Virus record (IMG/VR): IMGVR_UViG_3300047560_001157
DNA length: 64,000 bases
Strand: one strand, 5' to 3'
Origin: an uncultured virus (IMG/VR IMGVR_UViG_3300047560_001157)
Lineage: Duplodnaviria > Heunggongvirae > Uroviricota > Caudoviricetes
Position numbers and translations under genes: made by a program. Below are positions 18,672-26,857 of the stretch, piece after piece. The notes beneath the pieces were generated by a model, which was given only the letters and a program-made list of their open reading frames with translations, was not told the DNA's origin and did no database searches. Position 1 is the stretch's first letter; each line of letters begins with the position of its first letter.

Positions 18672-20025
18672 AGTATTTGCACATGCTCCAGAACTCACGC
18701 ATTTCAGGAAACGTTGTTAAGAAATCTGTTTCACGTCTGCGATCATGTTCATTGAAAAATCTATAAAAGTCTGCACGGTCACGTGCTAGACGTTCAGGTG
18801 TTTGTGGTTCTTTCATCCAGACAAGATTACGTTCCATGCGCTGTATTTCATAATCTCTAAAGCCAACAAAGCTGTCATTGGATTCGTTTTCGCGCATGAA
18901 GTCAATTACCTGTTCCATTTTTAATTGGTAAGCAGGCGTAAGTGTTTGTATGCTCTGCCAGGCGGGTTGACGCAACAATGGTGTATCAAACCACACACGC
19001 TGATAGGTATGACTGTGTTTGGAACGTAGTTCCAGTATGTAGTCCAATAGATCTTGTAGCCCTACAATGCTCAGGTTGTTTATTGTTACAATAAAGGTAA
19101 GGCTGTTTTTTTCTGGCACGTCAGTTAGATAACGATCTACGTTTCTGGTGAGTGTGTGCCAGTTAAGACCAGAACGAATATATTCAGCTTGATGTGGCAC
19201 GCCTGTGTCAAGGCTAACATACTGCATGAAATGTTCAATCTGTGTTTTGCACAATCGTTGAACATAGTCAATGTATTTGTCAAAGGTCTTGTAGTCTACG
19301 CTGAAGTTGCTGGTTACGTCTAGATGTAGATCTGGCTTGGGTAGTGCAAGCACGTACTCAAACACTCTGTAGGTGTTGTAGTCTAGTAATGGTTCACCAC
19401 CAGTGAGTCTTAGATGTTGTAGACGCGGGTAGAGTTCGGGCCACCAGGCCCAGAAGGCGTCAACATAGGGGTTGTCTTCTCTGTGTCGAATATTGCGTCT
19501 AGTGCCTGTAAAGTACTCAGGGTCATTATGGCGATTGCTAGTAGGGTAAGCACCGTGTACGTTAACCTCTGCCGCCCACTGGCTGGAAAACTGAGGACTA
19601 CAATAACTACATTTAAGATTGCAAACATTGCTAAAATTAACTTCAACATAAGAGGGGACAACATCTTCTTCTCCAGTACTATTTACAATCTTGTCATAAT
19701 ATTCAGCGGCCCATGGCTCGCCTGAGCGATAGTGTCTATCACTGAGTTGTTGGTTGTTTTCTGCACTCCAGCAGTAGGAGCATTCTTTAGGACGTTCATT
19801 CTTTAACATGAACACACGCTGTTGTTTCTTGTGAGGTGTGTTGTGTAGCGCACTGGGATTGTCTGCAAGTAACTCCACGGGAATCTTGTGCAGTGGTGGA
19901 TGATAACAACTATTGGTCATGCCAGTGCCCAGGTGTAAACTAACCTGTTGCCATTTAGCCAGGCAGAGTGCAGGGCCTAGTCGGGCCTGCATTTCCTCTG
20001 CGGCGGCTTTGAAATCACTAGTCAC
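18655..20025 (-). CDS. radical SAM enzyme (second subfamily)
   Basis: CNLKCSYC, TGGEP, TSN and EYIR; N-terminal CLAKW..SCYHP..CSYCW. Confidence 0.88.
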   Translation of the reverse strand: MTSDFKAAAEEMQARLGPALCLAKWQQVSLHLGTGMTNSCYHPPLHKIPVELLADNPSALHNTPHKKQQRVFMLKNERPKECSYCWSAENNQQLSDRHYRSGEPWAAEYYDKIVNSTGEEDVVPSYVEVNFSNVCNLKCSYCSPQFSSQWAAEVNVHGAYPTSNRHNDPEYFTGTRRNIRHREDNPYVDAFWAWWPELYPRLQHLRLTGGEPLLDYNTYRVFEYVLALPKPDLHLDVTSNFSVDYKTFDKYIDYVQRLCKTQIEHFMQYVSLDTGVPHQAEYIRSGLNWHTLTRNVDRYLTDVPEKNSLTFIVTINNLSIVGLQDLLDYILELRSKHSHTYQRVWFDTPLLRQPAWQSIQTLTPAYQLKMEQVIDFMRENESNDSFVGFRDYEIQRMERNLVWMKEPQTPERLARDRADFYRFFNEHDRRRETDFLTTFPEMREFWSMCKYYAETE

Positions 20026-20932
20026 GAACCATTATTCCTTTGTTTACAAAATTACTGCGATAATGATGTTTGAAAAACTTGCTCTGTGCAACTGTCATAC
20101 ATGCCATTGGTAGATCCAGTTGATAGTGCAGATCCTGTCCCATATGGTCAATCATTTCCAACGGGTCACGTGTTTTTACTTCTGTGTTCCATAGATGTTC
20201 TAGTTCAGCAAAGTCTTGCACCAGAGTATAATCCCAATCTGCAAGCATGGTTTTCCATGTGCCTTGTTTAGCGCCAGCAATGGCCCATGCTCCATTGTCA
20301 ACATCCATTCCTACATTTTGCCAGATGCTGAGATTGTCTAGATTCCTGTTGTGTACCCTTTGTTTGAATTCGCTCAGACTTGGTCGTGCGCCACGATCCA
20401 AACACATCTTAACTCCTTCACGGAATCCTGCTCTCCAGGCCTGGAATGGTGTTTGATTAGGATATGTTACAGAATAGCAATCATACATGCTCCAGTAGTT
20501 AGGAGCAAAACAAAACTCTACCAAGGTCTCATTGCGTCCATCTGTGTTTTCGTGTGTACGCATTTCTTGTACAAACTTCTTGGTCCAGCAACTAAGACCG
20601 CCATTGCCATACATCAATCCATTGATATGATTACGAGCCCGCCAACGAAAAACACAGTCGCGATTAGTATCATCCAGCGCCAGCTGTAGATTAAAAAATC
20701 CTGGATCCGGTATATTGTCACCATCCACCAAGATGAAACGGTCGGTATCACTTGCATCTGCTGCCGCTTTATGCGCCGCATCCGAGCCCTTGACGCCATC
20801 CACACGTTTGGCCCACGGTACCATGTTTTTAACTTTAATCCAAAACTCATCTTTTTTAGGCTCGTCATAGGTTAAGAAGATCACATCAAGATCTGCAATA
20901 TCAAGTATATTTTTTTGTGTATCTTGTGACAT
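20018..20932 (-). CDS. glycosyltransferase-like protein (GT-A fold, DxD)
   Basis: DVIFLTYDEP first strand and FILVDGD (DxD); paralog of 11083-12507. Confidence 0.6.
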   Translation of the reverse strand: MSQDTQKNILDIADLDVIFLTYDEPKKDEFWIKVKNMVPWAKRVDGVKGSDAAHKAAADASDTDRFILVDGDNIPDPGFFNLQLALDDTNRDCVFRWRARNHINGLMYGNGGLSCWTKKFVQEMRTHENTDGRNETLVEFCFAPNYWSMYDCYSVTYPNQTPFQAWRAGFREGVKMCLDRGARPSLSEFKQRVHNRNLDNLSIWQNVGMDVDNGAWAIAGAKQGTWKTMLADWDYTLVQDFAELEHLWNTEVKTRDPLEMIDHMGQDLHYQLDLPMACMTVAQSKFFKHHYRSNFVNKGIMVRD

Positions 20933-21284
20933 CGTTATATGCTTCGTTGGGTTCTACAATAATGGCCATGTGATTGGTAACGGCAGTATGTTCGCCATCT
21001 GAATCCTCAAGCAATTTTACTACATATCCTTCCGAGAAGTCAACAAAAACCAATTCTTTGTTCACAACAGTAGTGGTATTGGTACACTGGTCTGCTTGTG
21101 ATTTGGTTATGTCTATGTAGTCAAAATCTAGTTCTGGCCAAGGTGGACCTATTACTATATCCATTATAGATCCATCTTTTCGATAGTAACATCTATATTG
21201 ATTGGCCACAGGGTGTTGCTTGAGATTTTCCTGTATTTGAAAAAACTCAGCAATGGCAATTTCAAGTTCTGATGGCGTGTTCAT
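20901..21284 (-). CDS. hypothetical protein (127 aa)
   Basis: ORF overlapping both neighbours. Confidence 0.65.
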   Translation of the reverse strand: MNTPSELEIAIAEFFQIQENLKQHPVANQYRCYYRKDGSIMDIVIGPPWPELDFDYIDITKSQADQCTNTTTVVNKELVFVDFSEGYVVKLLEDSDGEHTAVTNHMAIIVEPNEAYNDVTRYTKKYT

Positions 21285-22095
21285 ATTTTCTAATCATTTC
21301 GTCTGTGACCCAATTTTTATTTTGATAATGAAATGGGTAAGTTTGGTCTTGTCCGTTTACTCTAATATAAGGTGGATCTAATTCTATGTGCAGTTCGTTC
21401 AACCAGTTCTTGCGTTCTACTTTTCCATTTATAGCAGGCTTCATGTGCGTGATGTTGAAAAAGTCTGCTGCCGGTAGTGTGACTAACTCTTCTCCAATGC
21501 ATCTTGCGGCTATAGAAAAAACTAAATCGTTACTGCCAGGATCATCGCAGTAAGCAAGATCCTGCTTTACTAGATCCCAAAATTTATAAATTCTTTTGCA
21601 CAATTGAAAGAAGTTGTTTGCGGTTACTGTGTTGCGCCAGTACATTAATCCAGAGTATGTGTCTGGTAAATTGTTGCTGTCAAACACTTGTCTATATTTT
21701 CTACTGGCGGCTGGGTCACCTAGGTAATTTCTACATCCTAGACTTAGTACAACATCTCTGTGTCTTAACATTGTAAACCAGTGATCAATTGCACGTGTGA
21801 ACAATAGATCAGTTTCTACTTTTATAGTTTCATTGAATGGTGTTAGTGCTGCCAGTTGCCAATCGTTTCTTTGTTTCCATTCTTGATCCTGTGCCCAGTC
21901 TGTGGTTAACAGTATCACATGATCAAACATCTGTGCATGTTCCTGCGGTATGCTGTCAAGACTTGCTTGGTCTGTTACCACAGCATAAGGAATGTCAGGT
22001 GAAACCAGTTTTAGACTTAACCGCTGTAGATATGCCAACCTCAAATAATTGGTTGTGCTGTTGTTCTGTGCCATGGATATTACGCCAACTGTCAT
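21262..22095 (-). CDS. glycosyltransferase-like protein (GT-A fold)
   Basis: YAVVTD, FDHVI, TPFNETIKVETD (DxD position reads ETD), YSGLMYW and NDLVF; paralog of 22092-22862. Confidence 0.55.
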   Translation of the reverse strand: MTVGVISMAQNNSTTNYLRLAYLQRLSLKLVSPDIPYAVVTDQASLDSIPQEHAQMFDHVILLTTDWAQDQEWKQRNDWQLAALTPFNETIKVETDLLFTRAIDHWFTMLRHRDVVLSLGCRNYLGDPAASRKYRQVFDSNNLPDTYSGLMYWRNTVTANNFFQLCKRIYKFWDLVKQDLAYCDDPGSNDLVFSIAARCIGEELVTLPAADFFNITHMKPAINGKVERKNWLNELHIELDPPYIRVNGQDQTYPFHYQNKNWVTDEMIRKYEHAIRT

Positions 22096-22862
22096 AATGC
22101 CTGCTCAATAAAATGGTCTAGCTTTTCGCTTTGTAGCCACTGCTTGCTCATCACATGCAGGTCTTGTCTTGGTAATACGTCAGCACGTTCTTTGGTTCGC
22201 ACCACCATCCAGTCTGTGTTGATATTGATATCCAACAAGGGTTTTTCTATTGTGGTTATTGCCCAGGGCATCTGTGTGTGCTGTGGCAGTTGGTATCCAT
22301 GCATGATTCTTTCAGCCATGGCAAATGCAAGATCATTACGAAAGTTGCGATATGGTAGTCCAAACAAAATTCTGTAGTAAATCCAGTTGCGTTCAATTTT
22401 GCCAACTAGATCAAAGAATAGTTTGTTGCGCTCAGTGCGCCTAAAAAAGAACACTGTGGCCCACACAGGGGGAAGATAACACTTTGGATCTGGATCTTCG
22501 TAGAGGTAGTTGTTTTGATGGCACAGCACCAAGTCGCTCGGTGAGTCAAATAGTGTTAGCAGCCGAGGTGTTGTAACCAAATAGTCGGCATCAATCACCA
22601 GCGTTTCATCCCAGGGAGTGACTTCCCATGCACGATGTCGGCCAAAGTTATTCCATTGCACAGACTTTTCTGTGTCTATGTCAGTTCTGGCATTGGTGTA
22701 TGTGGTTTGGTAATCTTGTGTAACAACTAGTGTTTCAATACCCAAATGATGCTTTGCTAATTGTATTGTTTTGTTAGCAATACCTATGTAATCAATGGTG
22801 TCTGTGTTGTTAGCAAAAACCAATACTCCTCTAGATTTTTCTAACTTGGCGTAGTTGTTCAT
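22092..22862 (-). CDS. glycosyltransferase-like protein (GT-A fold, DxD)
   Basis: TPWDETLVIDADY, WATVFFF, RNDLAF and DLHVMSK. Confidence 0.6.
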   Translation of the reverse strand: MNNYAKLEKSRGVLVFANNTDTIDYIGIANKTIQLAKHHLGIETLVVTQDYQTTYTNARTDIDTEKSVQWNNFGRHRAWEVTPWDETLVIDADYLVTTPRLLTLFDSPSDLVLCHQNNYLYEDPDPKCYLPPVWATVFFFRRTERNKLFFDLVGKIERNWIYYRILFGLPYRNFRNDLAFAMAERIMHGYQLPQHTQMPWAITTIEKPLLDININTDWMVVRTKERADVLPRQDLHVMSKQWLQSEKLDHFIEQAL

Positions 22863-23142
22863 ATTGATTATGCCATTGATTCATGACTTTTTGATATCGA
22901 CGTTTGCAACTGTCTAGTAACACAGCTCTGTCTACTTCAACAGGATTGCCGTAATGATCTTCAAGATACAGTTCATCGCTGTCCCAGGCTGATAAGAAAG
23001 CAATTAATTCTGGAGTGACTTTGAAAAGGCCGTCATTATGAGTAACCATGAGGTCACCCATGATTTGTTCTCTTAGTTTTAACTTGTTTCTTTGAATGTC
23101 AGTGGACTGACGTATTTCTGCAACTAGACTATGAATTTCCAT
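22831..23142 (-). CDS. hypothetical protein (103 aa)
   Basis: First ORF of the overlapping GT / radical SAM chain. Confidence 0.7.
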   Translation of the reverse strand: MEIHSLVAEIRQSTDIQRNKLKLREQIMGDLMVTHNDGLFKVTPELIAFLSAWDSDELYLEDHYGNPVEVDRAVLLDSCKRRYQKVMNQWHNQYEQLRQVRKI

Positions 23143-23147
23143 GCAAA

Positions 23148-23153
23148 TACTTA
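23148..23153 (-). promoter_or_regulatory. putative late promoter variant (TAAGTA)
   Basis: One mismatch to TAAATA, in the 30-nt gap just upstream of ATG 23142. Confidence 0.35.
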
Positions 23154-23172
23154 GCAGGAAATCACTGCGATA

Positions 23173-24231
23173 TTACAATAAATCTGGATCAGCCCAATTG
23201 CGTGTTAACATGCCGCCAGTATAGGAAGGATCAAATACATCTATGTTGAATCCAACTGACACGTTGATATTATCTGTTCCCCAACGAGGGTCTGCACCTG
23301 TGCCGCCGTAGTCACTAAACAGGTCCATTTTAACTTCTAATAATGATCCAACTGCGCCATCGCTGGTGTCACCTGTTAGTCTGGCCGAAATAGCTACATA
23401 AGTGCCTGGATATGTTGAGCCTGACACTGATTGATTTTTTCCTAGCTGTACATAACTGGTGCCTATGTTCCAATAACCCTTGTTTGTGTTTGTGGTCCCA
23501 GGATCAGCACCAACAAATCCACTGTTGGTGTTAAAGCCAAAATCGCAAGCACCGAGGTCATTGATTACTGTAACAATAGCGGCACTTCTATCGCCACTTG
23601 CAGTGGATGCAGATGCTGTGATTCTGATTTTGCCACCTGCATTAAAAAACCAACGTGCATTGTTACCATTGGACCAACTTACGCTTCGTGTGAAACTAGT
23701 TGATGCATTGGTTGCGCTGGTTGCTCTGATCCAGCTAAAAGTCTTACTACCACCAGCAACTGCTCTAACCACTGAGTTTCTAGCAGTACCAGTTTGACCA
23801 GCAATGTTATTAACAGCAGTTTGAAGTCCGCTGATAACCTTGATTGTTCCACCGTATGCAGGTGCAGGACTCAGTGCAACATTTGATTGATTCTGATGAT
23901 ACAATCCTCTGTTGATAGCCGACATCAAACCAATCCACTGTTGACTCTTAACATTAAGCGTAGAGTCAACTTGTGTTAGCGTTCCTACTCCGTCGTTGTA
24001 GTTTGTACCAGTAACTGCATCTGTTCCGCTGATTGGGTTAACCAGTAGGTGGGCATTTGGCAATCCAACAATGCTAGACATGTCTTGGTTAAGCCCGCGG
24101 TTACCGTAGCCAGGACCCCATACATAGTTTAGGTTGTTATTGGTGGTAACCAATGTACCACCAGTGGTACTACCCCAAACCAATTGGTTGTAGTGTTGCG
24201 CTTCAATGAGGCCGCCGGTGCTGTATGCCAT
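23173..24231 (-). CDS. virion structural protein, probably tail/fibre-associated
   Basis: Gly/Ser/Thr/Asn-rich, MAY- N-terminus like the neighbouring fibres, located in the tail module. Confidence 0.65.
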   Translation of the reverse strand: MAYSTGGLIEAQHYNQLVWGSTTGGTLVTTNNNLNYVWGPGYGNRGLNQDMSSIVGLPNAHLLVNPISGTDAVTGTNYNDGVGTLTQVDSTLNVKSQQWIGLMSAINRGLYHQNQSNVALSPAPAYGGTIKVISGLQTAVNNIAGQTGTARNSVVRAVAGGSKTFSWIRATSATNASTSFTRSVSWSNGNNARWFFNAGGKIRITASASTASGDRSAAIVTVINDLGACDFGFNTNSGFVGADPGTTNTNKGYWNIGTSYVQLGKNQSVSGSTYPGTYVAISARLTGDTSDGAVGSLLEVKMDLFSDYGGTGADPRWGTDNINVSVGFNIDVFDPSYTGGMLTRNWADPDLL

Positions 24232-24232
24232 T

Positions 24233-26809
24233 TTATAAACTTACCTTAATAATTGACATGACTAGTTTTTCTTCGGAATACTCATTTGTTTCCAAAGCTC
24301 TACCAATCACAGTTTCCCAAGATGCTTCCATTGGATTTGCCGCTTTAGCACATCCATTGCCTGCACTAACCAGGCGTTGACCTTTTCTAATTGGGCCAAC
24401 AACTCTAACCGGTACTCGTCCAGACAATGCAATAGCAGGATGAGTACTGTCATCGCCTGCTTCTCTGTTCATTAGATAAGCTGGTTGAGTACTTACCACA
24501 CCTAGTACTTCAGCACTGCAAATTGCGTCTTCAAGAGTAACTTCATGCTCGCCACCAATCTTCAACAATGTGCCTGGAGGATAAGCCGCATCGGCTGCAA
24601 AGCGTTCTGCCAAGTCAGCGTATTTTGCTGATGATGCTGTACCAATCACGTTGTTGATATAAGCGGTACCAAATTTTCTACTGCTTGTACCAATATCTTG
24701 TGTGCCATCGTTTGGAGGACTTGCACCAACTGTTTGATATTTAATACCACTGCTGTCCATAACCAAATGAGGACTGCTGTATCCACCTACATAGGCAACA
24801 CCAAATCTCATTGAGCTTGTGCCAATGTCTGCTTCGCCGCTGGTGCCGCTTGAATACCAACGAATACCTTTGTTAGCACCAGTTGCGGTTAAAGTTACAC
24901 CAGTATCACTGATAAAGTTTCTTGCATACACATTCAACCAGCGTTTCTCAGTACCAGCTGGAGAACCTTTACCTAGATCGTATGTGATGTCAGCTGACGG
25001 GAATAGGTTATTAATTGTTAATGAACCAAAACTAGCATCTGCACTAGAACTCAAACCACCTGTACCTGTTAGTGTGATTGCGTCTGCGTTAACTGTTTTA
25101 ACATAGATGTTGTTATAACGGAAAGTATTAGACGATCCAATGTTATATTGTTCATTAAATCCTGCTTCGTTTGGAATAGTAATATGTCCAACTGTTTGTA
25201 GTCTACCGGTGATACGAACATCACCTAGCACACCCAACTGAGGATTGCTTGCTGTGCCACCGTCCAAATCGTCAAACACTAGGTTACCGCTGAGTGTAAC
25301 TGGGTTAGCACGAATAGTGAAACTGTCTGTTGCGCCGCGAGCACCTGTTAAGTTAATACTTGCCAAGTTTGTGATTGCACCAATGTTTGCTTTTGTTGCA
25401 AACACTTCGCGCATACGGAAACCAGTGCTACCAACATCTCTAGCGTCTTCTGATGATGGAATAATAGAACCAGTTAGTGTCAATGTACCATCACGTCGGA
25501 AAGCATCGTTTTCCAAGTTAGACACACGGCCTTGAATTGATCTGACGTTAGCATACATTGATGATCCAACTGTACCACCAGGGCCACCATCACCGGTGCG
25601 TGTTAATACGTTGGAAACAATAGTAGCTACGTTGCTCCATAGTGTGTATAAGTTACCAACCAGACTTTCGTTGTTGGTAATAAACAATTCTGTATACTTC
25701 TGATCGTCAGGACTATTTGCTCCACCTTTTCTAAATCCTAGGTGGTTTTGTAGTGTACGAACGTTACCGTAGACAACATCTGTGTTTGACTTCAATGTAC
25801 TGACGTTACTGTTAATAGCAGTTACGTTGTTCAACAACATTGTACGTGTGTTGTCGTCGCGGTTGTCAACATAGTTCTTTGTGGCAATACCAGCTGATTG
25901 AGTAGGATCGTTTAGAACTGTAATCAAGCCAGTGATCTTGTCAACTGCTAAAACTGTTTGATATGCACCACCAGCGTTGTCTGGTTTGGTACGGATAATA
26001 AAACCGTTACCACGAATCAAACTTAGCAATTGAATGTTGTTGTTGTTAATGTTCAATTGGAAGTTGGTAACTGTACCAGAAGGTTCTTCTAATTCAATAC
26101 CATCGTTGTTACGAATAACCAATTTACTGGTTAGTAACGCATTGTCTTTTGTCAAATACTGATCAGCTGCCAAACTACCCAGATAGCTGGCGTTGTTGGC
26201 GTTTTCATAGAATATCAGTTCAGGGCTGGTACCACGTGCCAAATTCAAACCAGGCTTGATTGTTGGGAATCCAGGAATGGTTGTAGCTGGTTGGAATGCG
26301 GCGTCTTTGCTTAGAACAGCAACCAATTGGTTCTGTACAAAGAATTTAACAACCACGTGACTGAACTGACTGGAGTCAATAACAGTATCAGCAACAGCAC
26401 CAGATGTACCAGTTGTGGATGTGAAGCTTGGTCCAATAACGACCCAGCCCGCACCTGACCAAACTTTCAACTGTTGGTTAACTGAGTCAAACCACAAGTC
26501 GCCTGCAACTTTGTATGTGGGCTCGTCTGCTACAGATTGTGCGCCGGAGATTGATTTCCATGCACTACCATTGTATACCTGCAACACTTTTGTAGAAGTT
26601 TGGTACCAAAGTTGTCCAGTGATCTTATGAGCAGGTTCGTTAGCACTAGCAAAATGTTCTAATAGTTTAACAAAATTCTCATTTAAGAATGTACCATACC
26701 CAGCAAAGTTTTTACCAACCAAGGTTAAACTAGTGGCTGTGGTATTGGTTTGACCATCGTTGATTGTAGCCAACGGTGTGTTATCTGATTTTACTATGTT
26801 ATATGCCAT
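24233..26809 (-). CDS. tail fibre protein with C-terminal intramolecular-chaperone / peptidase-G2-like domain
   Basis: Shared fibre N-terminus (LVGKNFAGYG..LNENF), ATKNYVD, repeated D(I/L)G(S/T)..R(F/W) units, C-terminal YADLAE...GVVST.PAY.MN...GRVPVRV. Confidence 0.8.
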   Translation of the reverse strand: MAYNIVKSDNTPLATINDGQTNTTATSLTLVGKNFAGYGTFLNENFVKLLEHFASANEPAHKITGQLWYQTSTKVLQVYNGSAWKSISGAQSVADEPTYKVAGDLWFDSVNQQLKVWSGAGWVVIGPSFTSTTGTSGAVADTVIDSSQFSHVVVKFFVQNQLVAVLSKDAAFQPATTIPGFPTIKPGLNLARGTSPELIFYENANNASYLGSLAADQYLTKDNALLTSKLVIRNNDGIELEEPSGTVTNFQLNINNNNIQLLSLIRGNGFIIRTKPDNAGGAYQTVLAVDKITGLITVLNDPTQSAGIATKNYVDNRDDNTRTMLLNNVTAINSNVSTLKSNTDVVYGNVRTLQNHLGFRKGGANSPDDQKYTELFITNNESLVGNLYTLWSNVATIVSNVLTRTGDGGPGGTVGSSMYANVRSIQGRVSNLENDAFRRDGTLTLTGSIIPSSEDARDVGSTGFRMREVFATKANIGAITNLASINLTGARGATDSFTIRANPVTLSGNLVFDDLDGGTASNPQLGVLGDVRITGRLQTVGHITIPNEAGFNEQYNIGSSNTFRYNNIYVKTVNADAITLTGTGGLSSSADASFGSLTINNLFPSADITYDLGKGSPAGTEKRWLNVYARNFISDTGVTLTATGANKGIRWYSSGTSGEADIGTSSMRFGVAYVGGYSSPHLVMDSSGIKYQTVGASPPNDGTQDIGTSSRKFGTAYINNVIGTASSAKYADLAERFAADAAYPPGTLLKIGGEHEVTLEDAICSAEVLGVVSTQPAYLMNREAGDDSTHPAIALSGRVPVRVVGPIRKGQRLVSAGNGCAKAANPMEASWETVIGRALETNEYSEEKLVMSIIKVSL

Positions 26810-26830
26810 TATCTGGACTCCGATTTCGTA

Positions 26831-26838
26831 TATTTATG
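26831..26838 (-). promoter_or_regulatory. putative late promoter (CATAAATA)
   Basis: One mismatch to the T4 late consensus TATAAATA; intergenic, followed by a GGAG SD and ATG 26809. Confidence 0.65.
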
Positions 26839-26857
26839 CAAAGTTATAACCCTATAA

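Noticed and set aside
13557..20025. Radical SAM array as a 7-deazaguanine (QueE), anaerobic RNR activase or RiPP maturation cluster
   Set aside because: No QueC/QueD/FolE/DpdA, no NrdD, and no evident precursor peptide, RRE/PqqD domain or exporter nearby; the neighbours are GT-like genes. A peptide or protein substrate is not strictly excluded.
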